Positions 56,378 to 64,000 of a DNA stretch of 64,000 nt are shown piece by piece. The stretch is from NCBI RefSeq assembly GCF_000142905.1, contig NW_013657624.1, forward strand, positions 103,782 to 167,781. The letters run 5' to 3'. The stretch comes from Thecamonas trahens ATCC 50062. Lineage: Eukaryota > Protista > Apusomonadida. Every line of letters begins with the position of its first letter. The stretch's first letter is position 1. The notes under the pieces are model-generated. The model was not told the origin of the DNA. It saw nothing but the letters and a program-made list of their open reading frames with translations, and did no database searches. The translations under genes were made by a program, and so were the position numbers.

Positions 56378-59300
56378 TCACATGAACCCAGGCTGACTTT
56401 GTCCCCTGCGGCGCCTGCCGCGCTTGCCGCGCTTGCCGCGCTTCTTGGTCGCCGTCCGCTGAGCAGAGGACTGGCTGAGGCGTGCGCGCATGGGCGAGCT
56501 TGTCGCCGACGAAGGCTGCGACCGGCGGCGGACCGGCGAGAGAGCCATTGGGCTCGGCGGCGGGCCGCGATGCTGACCAAAGAGTGGCTGCGAGGCCTGC
56601 GAGTCTTGAGAGGCCTGAGAGGCCTGAGAGGCCTGGGATGCCTGAGAGGCCTGCGAGGCCTGAGAGGCTTGCGAGACCTGAGAGGCTTGCGAGGCCGATG
56701 CCTGCGAGGCCGAGGCCGGATGGCGCCTCTTGCGCTTCTTGCGCGGGCGAAGGGGTGAGGGCAGGAAGCCCGAGAGTAGATCCATGGCGCGCTCTTTGGC
56801 CTGGCTGTGGACCTCGAGCTGGCTGGGCCCCTCGTCGACGACTGCAGTGACCTTGCGCGTGCGGGCCTGGCTCTCGTACAGCCTGTCCTCGAGATCATTG
56901 TCCCAGATGGCACGCAGATTGTCGGCAAGACCATACGAGGCGACGGGGTCGGCGTCGGCACGGACCGGCTTGTCGGGAACGGCGACGCGGACGTAGATGA
57001 GGGCGTCGCGGCGCGGATGAACGTTGAGCAGGGCAGCAGCCCCGGCCGACGACATGCACGCGTGCTGGAAGCGCAACTGCTCCTCTACGACGACACCGGC
57101 ACGGCGGCCGAGCATGTGGATGGTGGAGAGCAGCTCGGTGCTGTCGATGCCGTAAACTGTGTCTAGGAGCGGGCGCGGGAGGATGGCGATGAGGCGGTGG
57201 CGGGCAAGGTGGAGCGAGCCGTCTCGGATGACAAACATTGCGAGGCGGAGACGCATAGAGGCAAGAGAGCGCCAGCGGCCGGTGCAGAACGCTATGGCCT
57301 TGTCGGCCAGGGTCGGGTGCGAAGCGAGGAGCGAGGCGAGATCGAGCGGGCGCCACCAGGCCCATGCGACGCTCGAGACACCCGCGGCGGCAGCAGCATC
57401 GGGATGGAGGTACGGGCAATGCTCGTGAAAGGCAAGGATGCGGGCCGGGTGCGGCGAGAAGGCTGCGTCGACGGCGTACTTGCAGCCGGTGTGGCGGCAG
57501 GTGAGGAGCGGTGCCTTGGCGGCGGCGGCGGAGGCGAGGACGGCGCGGGAGGCACGCCATGAGGCTCGGGTCGGCGGCATCAGCATCCACAGCAAGGCGT
57601 GCGTTCGCAGTCTGGTGCGGACCCTGGTGCGAGCCGGCGGGCGGACATCGGGGTGGCGCATCTGGTAGATAAATGGCCACGTGAGAGGGCGGATCGGATC
57701 GGTCTCGCGGCGCTCGGAGCGGAAGGAGACGAGCGCAGAGGGCTCGACAAACGGCTCGATGTCACCCGGGACGTGCGAGGCAAAGACCACGTCCTTGGCG
57801 AGAGGAAGTTGAGTGTCAAAGAAGATGTTGGACGATGCTGGTGGAGGCTTGTCGGTCCGCGGCGGGCGGAGCGAGGAGGCGAGGCCGGCAGGGTTGGAGA
57901 TGGAGATGTGGGAGAGATGCGGAGAGAAGGACTGGGCGGCAGCGGCCGGGGCGGCGTGCGCCTTGTATAGCGCCTCGTGGCGAACGAGCGACGATGGGCC
58001 GTGCCAGATGTCGCCATCAGACTCAGCAGCGAGCGACGAGGCGGAAAAGATGGAGTAGAAGACGCGGCCGGACCAGGTGGCGGAGACGGCGAGTAGCTCG
58101 TCGTCGCTGACGGCGGCGATGTCGAGGCCGGCGAGCTTGGTCGAGACGGGCTGGATGCGGGCGACCGAGGGCGGGATGACGTCGGCTGGACCGGGCATGC
58201 GGAGTGGCGACGGGGCAAGAGCGACGGCGGTGGCGCCGCGGCCGGCGGTCGGGGTGGAGAGCGAGGGAACGGAGAGGCCGGCGGGCGTCCACGCGCCGGT
58301 GTTGGAGGCGATGGGGTAGCAGATGAGGTTGCTCGAGGACTGGTGGCCGGTGACGACCGCGGTGACGCCGCCATCGACGGCGGGCACCCGCAGCGAAGCG
58401 GCGGCGGAGAGGTGCGGAATGATGCGGGTGGCCTCGAGAGTGTGGTAAAAGTGGGCAAGAAGCGGCTCGCGAGGCATGCGGACGTCGTAAAGGTGGATCG
58501 ATTGCGAGGTGGCGACGACTGCAGCATGCGGGAGGTGTGGGGCGGCAGGGTGAATGCCGAGCACCTCGTAGCGGCCTGAGTGGAGGGTGGTCCGCGGAAG
58601 CATGGCGCTCGAGTGGCCGAAGGAGTGCGACTCTGCCAGCGAGAAGAAAATAGATCGGCCGGTGGAGCGCTGGCGGAGGTCAACTAGGCGGATGTGGCGG
58701 CCGCCGCGGCCCGAGGCATGGAGCATCAACATGCCCGAGGTGTCGACGGGCGCGAGGTGAAGGCGCGAGTCAAAGCTGGAGCAGGCAGAGTCTGGCAGGT
58801 CGACCTTGTGGTCGTAGAGCGCGTCTCGGAGGCCGAGATGAATCTGGCCGGCCGAGTCGAGGACGGCAAAGCCGCCGTCGGACCATGATGCCTGGCCAAA
58901 GACGGCAGCGTCGACGTAGGCGAGGCGGGCACGGTCAAAGGCCGGCGCAGCGAGGAGGCTGACCGCACCGTCGCGGACGATGCCGACGTCGGCGGGCGAG
59001 ACGGCAAGCCGGACCGGAGTCTCGCAGGAAAGCGCGCGATGGGCGAGGTAGTATGCGCGCTCGAGCGGCGACGACGATGGCCAGGCGACGGTGGCACTGC
59101 CAGAGGGCGAGGCGGCCCAGGTCCGCTCCTCGTAGCCGAGGGCAGACGGTGGCGAGTGAGGAGCGGGATCTCGTGCGGCGCGGGTGAGGCGGAACTCGTG
59201 GAGGGCAAACGGGTCGACGCGGGAAATGTAGGCGGCGGCCGAGCCAGCGCGTGGATCGCGGGCGACAGCAATGGTGGAGGCGAGGCGCGGTGTGGGCTCG

Positions 59301-60361
59301 GCGTAGCTGATCAGCATGTTGCTCTGTGCGGCGAGCGAGGGGCGGGCCTGGACGCCATCATGGACGTTTTTGAAAGCTGTGGGATGGTCTGCCAACTTTG
59401 CAGCATCTAAAGGGAGATCATCGTCACCAAAGATGGCGTCGTAGTCGACGCGGCCCTGGCCGTCATCGTTGCCGGCGACTATGCGAGTGAGGTCGATGTT
59501 GGACGAGTGCGACATGGCGGTGCCTTGGAAGACGATGGAGCCAAACTGGCCAGCGTCGTCGTCGTCGTCGTTGTCAAGCAGCTCAGCAGCGAGGTGCTTG
59601 GACTCTGCAGCTTGACGATACTCGCACCAGAACATGGTCTCGTCGTCGAGCTGCGGCTGGAGGGCGGCGATCTCGGAGAGTGTGGGCTTTGCGATGGCAG
59701 ACTCGTCGTCGTCGTCGTCGTCGTCACCGCTCGATGAGGGAAGCGGCTTTGCAGCATCGGTGTCTGCAGCTGGGTTGTTGAAGCCCTGACTGAGGGCGAT
59801 GGAGCGCGGGACGACGACGTCGTGGGTCTTCCGCGAGACGAGGGCCGAGTACTCGAGCTGAGCAGCGCGAAGAGCAAGCTTCGCACTACGCTGGCCCCAC
59901 TTTGCCTTTGCCTCGTACTGCATGGACGAGCTGATCTTCCGCCAGGGGCGTTCATCGCTGACGGCAGCGACGGGAATGGAGGTGAAGCCCGTGGTGACGT
60001 AGCCATCAAACTCGCCCTCGACGTCGAGATGACCGACCTGAGTCCGGACCACCCGATGGGCCCGGGTCCCCTTGAGCTGAGCCATGTCCTCCATGTCGCG
60101 CTCGGCCTGACTCCGTGCCAGCTCCTCTACCGGCAGCTCTGCGATGAAGCCATGGTTGGTCACCGTCACCAGATCGCGGCTCTGCGCTCCTTGCCGAGGC
60201 TCCAGCGGGACGCCCGCCAGCAGCCTTCCGGCCAGTGCCGCTGCTTCCCCGCTCCCGCCGCCGCGTCCCAGCCATGGTGCCTCGTCTGACGACCGTGGCC
60301 AGGGGTACGTCGCCCAGTAAGCTGTGTTGTCTGTCTCGGTGGCCTTGCTGGCTGACGCCAT
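56378..60361 (-). CDS. Putative TAF1C/RRN6-like RNA polymerase I initiation factor subunit
   Basis: Beta-propeller-like IRLVDLR and ATSQSIHLYDVRMPREPLL..H; SQ-rich and basic C-terminus ending GFM. Confidence 0.45.
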   Translation of the reverse strand: MASASKATETDNTAYWATYPWPRSSDEAPWLGRGGGSGEAAALAGRLLAGVPLEPRQGAQSRDLVTVTNHGFIAELPVEELARSQAERDMEDMAQLKGTRAHRVVRTQVGHLDVEGEFDGYVTTGFTSIPVAAVSDERPWRKISSSMQYEAKAKWGQRSAKLALRAAQLEYSALVSRKTHDVVVPRSIALSQGFNNPAADTDAAKPLPSSSGDDDDDDDESAIAKPTLSEIAALQPQLDDETMFWCEYRQAAESKHLAAELLDNDDDDDAGQFGSIVFQGTAMSHSSNIDLTRIVAGNDDGQGRVDYDAIFGDDDLPLDAAKLADHPTAFKNVHDGVQARPSLAAQSNMLISYAEPTPRLASTIAVARDPRAGSAAAYISRVDPFALHEFRLTRAARDPAPHSPPSALGYEERTWAASPSGSATVAWPSSSPLERAYYLAHRALSCETPVRLAVSPADVGIVRDGAVSLLAAPAFDRARLAYVDAAVFGQASWSDGGFAVLDSAGQIHLGLRDALYDHKVDLPDSACSSFDSRLHLAPVDTSGMLMLHASGRGGRHIRLVDLRQRSTGRSIFFSLAESHSFGHSSAMLPRTTLHSGRYEVLGIHPAAPHLPHAAVVATSQSIHLYDVRMPREPLLAHFYHTLEATRIIPHLSAAASLRVPAVDGGVTAVVTGHQSSSNLICYPIASNTGAWTPAGLSVPSLSTPTAGRGATAVALAPSPLRMPGPADVIPPSVARIQPVSTKLAGLDIAAVSDDELLAVSATWSGRVFYSIFSASSLAAESDGDIWHGPSSLVRHEALYKAHAAPAAAAQSFSPHLSHISISNPAGLASSLRPPRTDKPPPASSNIFFDTQLPLAKDVVFASHVPGDIEPFVEPSALVSFRSERRETDPIRPLTWPFIYQMRHPDVRPPARTRVRTRLRTHALLWMLMPPTRASWRASRAVLASAAAAKAPLLTCRHTGCKYAVDAAFSPHPARILAFHEHCPYLHPDAAAAAGVSSVAWAWWRPLDLASLLASHPTLADKAIAFCTGRWRSLASMRLRLAMFVIRDGSLHLARHRLIAILPRPLLDTVYGIDSTELLSTIHMLGRRAGVVVEEQLRFQHACMSSAGAAALLNVHPRRDALIYVRVAVPDKPVRADADPVASYGLADNLRAIWDNDLEDRLYESQARTRKVTAVVDEGPSQLEVHSQAKERAMDLLSGFLPSPLRPRKKRKRRHPASASQASASQASQVSQASQASQASQASQASQASQASQDSQASQPLFGQHRGPPPSPMALSPVRRRSQPSSATSSPMRARLSQSSAQRTATKKRGKRGKRGRRRRGQSQPGFM

Positions 60362-60527
60362 GTCGGGGGTGGGGGAGGGGGGGGGGGGAAGAGTGGGGGG
60401 GTGGAGAGGAGGGGGAGGATGGGGTGATCATGGGGAGCGGCAGCGTCAACAGGATGGCGCTTGGGCCTGGTCAGAAGACAGAGCTCTGCTTGAGCCTGGG
60501 GATGGGGTGAGGGATCGTGGACACCTA

Positions 60528-60732
60528 CTACTTCAATTTCGAGTTGTGGTGCGAGCCGCGCTCCGACTGGACCAGATTACGGATCTTGTTCTGGACGCGA
60601 CGCGAGCGGTTCGAGGCCTCGGTGCGCTCGCGGTTGCCGCTGGGCACGACGCGCGACTGGGGCCGGACGTAAAAGTCGCGCGGCTCGGCGGCGGGGACGC
60701 GGGCGCGGACAAGGGCCGGCGAGACCTTGGAG
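60528..60732 (-). CDS. 3' end of an unknown basic protein (5' in gap)
   Basis: Open frame from the gap to TAG at 60528-60530. Confidence 0.4.
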
Positions 60733-61574
60733 NNNNNNNNNNNNNNNNNNNNNNNNNNNNNNNNNNNNNNNNNNNNNNNNNNNNNNNNNNNNNNNNNNNN
60801 NNNNNNNNNNNNNNNNNNNNNNNNNNNNNNNNNNNNNNNNNNNNNNNNNNNNNNNNNNNNNNNNNNNNNNNNNNNNNNNNNNNNNNNNNNNNNNNNNNNN
60901 NNNNNNNNNNNNNNNNNNNNNNNNNNNNNNNNNNNNNNNNNNNNNNNNNNNNNNNNNNNNNNNNNNNNNNNNNNNNNNNNNNNNNNNNNNNNNNNNNNNN
61001 NNNNNNNNNNNNNNNNNNNNNNNNNNNNNNNNNNNNNNNNNNNNNNNNNNNNNNNNNNNNNNNNNNNNNNNNNNNNNNNNNNNNNNNNNNNNNNNNNNNN
61101 NNNNNNNNNNNNNNNNNNNNNNNNNNNNNNNNNNNNNNNNNNNNNNNNNNNNNNNNNNNNNNNNNNNNNNNNNNNNNNNNNNNNNNNNNNNNNNNNNNNN
61201 NNNNNNNNNNNNNNNNNNNNNNNNNNNNNNNNNNNNNNNNNNNNNNNNNNNNNNNNNNNNNNNNNNNNNNNNNNNNNNNNNNNNNNNNNNNNNNNNNNNN
61301 NNNNNNNNNNNNNNNNNNNNNNNNNNNNNNNNNNNNNNNNNNNNNNNNNNNNNNNNNNNNNNNNNNNNNNNNNNNNNNNNNNNNNNNNNNNNNNNNNNNN
61401 NNNNNNNNNNNNNNNNNNNNNNNNNNNNNNNNNNNNNNNNNNNNNNNNNNNNNNNNNNNNNNNNNNNNNNNNNNNNNNNNNNNNNNNNNNNNNNNNNNNN
61501 NNNNNNNNNNNNNNNNNNNNNNNNNNNNNNNNNNNNNNNNNNNNNNNNNNNNNNNNNNNNNNNNNNNNNNNCCA

Positions 61575-61659
61575 TGTGTACACAGACATATGTATATATA
61601 TACATATATATATGTATGTATGGTTAGTGTGTATGTGCATGTACGTGTGTGTATGTATG

Positions 61660-61700
<41 letters not shown>
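61575..61700. repeat. (TA)/(TG)n microsatellite
   Basis: tatata and tgtgtg runs beside the gap. Confidence 0.9.
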
Positions 61701-61703
<3 letters not shown>

Positions 61704-61888
61704 ACCGTGTGTTCAAGGGGAGGGGGGTCAAGTGGTGGCTGGCGCTGGTGGCTGGTGGTGGTGATCACTCGGACGAAGCGACAGACGGATATGCATGACG
61801 AGCCCACCACCCCCCCCTCCCCTCCTTCCCCCCTCGTCCCACACCACACCACACCACACAAACTCCAACCCACACTGTCTTCCCCACC

Positions 61889-63412
61889 ATGGCCACCAGT
61901 CCACCAGTCTCCCCCATCCAAGTCAGTGAGTATACCCCGTTCGGAGAGAGTGGCAACCACGAGGACGACAACGAGGTCGACCGCCACCACCATGGTGACC
62001 ACCATCACCTCGACGACCTCGATGACGAGGGGAAGAACGAGATTGACTATACAGCATCGCCAGGAGGCCCTGCTTGGGATGGCGCAGAGTCGGACGGTGG
62101 CTTGTCAGTCGACTCCGGATCGAGCTCCGGATCGGGCTCGGGCTCGGGATCGGGATCAGGCTCGTCGGCCTTTGAGGTTGATCCGGCAGTGGTGTACTCG
62201 GCAGAGGTGATGGCGGCGTTTGGGGCCTTGTCTGAGGAGCAGCGGCTGCGGTCGCTGGCAGAGTACCGGCATACCAATAATGTACTGATGGAGAGGCTCG
62301 AACGCGCCCATCAGCTGCTGGAGATCGAGGCTGAGTTCAAGGCCGTCGCCCATGAGGAGCTTAATGCGCTCCACGCCGAGAATCGCGGGCTGGAGGCCCA
62401 GCTGAGCGAGGCTAACACCATGATCGAGGCGCTGCAGGCCGAGCTCGATGCCGCACTTGCGTCCAAGGCCGCCATCACCAAGGAGAAGCTCCGGGTGTCG
62501 ACCCAGCTGAGCGAAGCCAACCTGTCGATGGCGGCGCTGGCAGATGGCGGCGACGACGGCGGAGTCAGCGATGCGGCCGAGGTAGTGAGCAGCGTGGGAA
62601 GCGCGTCACCAAAGGCAGAGGCAGCGGCTGGTGTGCTCAGTGCAGCAAGCAGCGGGCCGTCGATGATGGACAAGTACCTCAGCGCCAAGGAAGAGACGCT
62701 CGAGCTCAAGGCGCAGATCAAGGCGCTGGGCGGCGAAGTGGAGGCGGCGCGGGCGGCGTGCGCGCGAGCGGAGAGCGAGCGCGAAACTGCGCTGGAGGAC
62801 AACGCCTGGCTCCGGTTCAACGCGCACTGCATTCCGTACCGCAAGCGAATGCGCAGCCTGGGGCTCGAGGCGCAGGCGCTGTATGCCCAGGCCAAGGCGC
62901 GGCAGCTGGCGCCCGAGGGCTGGGGCGAGTTTGTGTATGGGCATGTACATGCCGGGCTTGAGTCTGGCAAGATCCGCGACTCGGAGTCTGACGACGGGAG
63001 CAGCGGCGGCGGGCGGGCGCGGCGGGTTGACTCGCCGCTGTACGAAACAGTGAGCTCGGACGGGGCGGACGAGTCGGTGCCTGTGGGAGCGTCGGCAGGC
63101 GGAACGCCGATCCGGTATGGCGGGCGGGCGGATCTGCTCGCTGGCGGCGGGAACAATAGCTCGATGGAGGGCCACATTTCGAACGCGTGGGTCCCGGACA
63201 AGCTGGTGACGCGGTGTACGCACTGCACGGCCAAGTTCACGCTCTTCCGCCGCAAGCACCACTGCCGGCACTGCCTTCAGATCTACTGCTCGGCGTGCTC
63301 ATCCAACTTTATGACCATCCCTGCGCTCAACTTTCTGGAGCCTGTGCGAGTCTGCGACGTGTGCGTCTTTCTTATCACGCCGACGATGCACGGCCTGCCG
63401 CCGGACGCCTGA
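61889..63412 (+). CDS. Coiled-coil plus C-terminal FYVE-domain protein
   Basis: WVPD..CTHC..FTLFRRKHHCRHCLQIYCSACS..VRVCDVC. Confidence 0.9.
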   Translation: MATSPPVSPIQVSEYTPFGESGNHEDDNEVDRHHHGDHHHLDDLDDEGKNEIDYTASPGGPAWDGAESDGGLSVDSGSSSGSGSGSGSGSGSSAFEVDPAVVYSAEVMAAFGALSEEQRLRSLAEYRHTNNVLMERLERAHQLLEIEAEFKAVAHEELNALHAENRGLEAQLSEANTMIEALQAELDAALASKAAITKEKLRVSTQLSEANLSMAALADGGDDGGVSDAAEVVSSVGSASPKAEAAAGVLSAASSGPSMMDKYLSAKEETLELKAQIKALGGEVEAARAACARAESERETALEDNAWLRFNAHCIPYRKRMRSLGLEAQALYAQAKARQLAPEGWGEFVYGHVHAGLESGKIRDSESDDGSSGGGRARRVDSPLYETVSSDGADESVPVGASAGGTPIRYGGRADLLAGGGNNSSMEGHISNAWVPDKLVTRCTHCTAKFTLFRRKHHCRHCLQIYCSACSSNFMTIPALNFLEPVRVCDVCVFLITPTMHGLPPDA

Positions 63413-63414
63413 GG

Positions 63415-64000
63415 TTAGGCTTGAGAGGACGGCCCGGCAGGCGCGGGTACAGCCGCAACTGCAGCCGCAGCTTCAGGCGGAGAGCTCGACGCGGTCATCG
63501 TTGCGGGCTCAACGTCGGGCTCGAGGATGTGGAAGACCGACGGAGTTTCGGCGGTTGAGACCTTGGGCGGCGAGTACGAGGCGTAGTCTTGGTCGATGAC
63601 GGACTGGAGGACGGCGACCCACTGGGCGGCCATGTCGGGGGTGGGCGCGACGAGAGTGTAGGTCCTGCTGACCGTGACGAGCGTGAAGCACGAGCCGCGC
63701 GCGACGCCGAGCTTGCCCTCGAGCGAGGCGTCCGAGGTCGGGGCGACTTCGGAGGCCTCGGCCATGGGGATGACGCCCTTGGGCTTGGTCACACTTGTGA
63801 CTGGCTCGTAGTACGAGAGCTTGATGTGCGAGATGGGCGTCGAGTCTGTGGGCACGATAAGAACAAACATGCGCTTCTTAAAGTTCTTGCGGACGCCGCC
63901 GCGCTTGTAAAGAAAGCCAATGTAGCGGGCGTTGCCGATAAACTGCGGAAGGACCGAGGCGACAGTTCGCGACTCTTCCTTGAGGCACTTCCACTTGTGC
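63415..64000 (-). CDS. C-terminal PH-domain protein (partial, 5' beyond window)
   Basis: GFLYKRGGVRKNFKKRMFVL..LSYYE..KPKGVIPM..RTYTLVA..AAQWVAVL. Confidence 0.85.
   Translation of the reverse strand, partial: HKWKCLKEESRTVASVLPQFIGNARYIGFLYKRGGVRKNFKKRMFVLIVPTDSTPISHIKLSYYEPVTSVTKPKGVIPMAEASEVAPTSDASLEGKLGVARGSCFTLVTVSRTYTLVAPTPDMAAQWVAVLQSVIDQDYASYSPPKVSTAETPSVFHILEPDVEPATMTASSSPPEAAAAVAAVPAPAGPSSQA

Overview
Gene-dense, GC-rich, intron-poor eukaryotic nuclear DNA with four N-gaps. The style and gene content (vinculin, BEACH, RasGEF/Ras, FYVE) suggest a free-living protist related to amoebozoans/opisthokonts, possibly an apusomonad; this is inference only. About 25 protein-coding genes are present: SDR, ankyrin, BEACH-WD40, BAR, GEP4-like phosphatase, EF-hand double-RasGEF, a PH-Ras fusion, a bacterial-type MFS, DUF2015-UBA, an IQ protein, a 2OG-Fe(II) oxygenase, an atypical MAPK, a multi-C2 protein, a multi-pass membrane protein, TRM82/WDR4, Bin3/MePCE, GH18, a giant vinculin, TAF1C/RRN6-like, FYVE and PH proteins. 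The main accessory feature is a ~3.95-kb Helentron/Helitron2-type rolling-circle element (~31562-35508). It has subterminal inverted repeats, a 3' hairpin and an internally deleted RepHel ORF, and sits in one copy of a ~500-bp tandem duplication whose second copy preserves the empty target site. A second copy of its 5' terminus lies at 21349, between the head-to-head RasGEF and PH-Ras genes. Several genes carry single-base frameshifts at G/C runs, which are probably sequencing errors.
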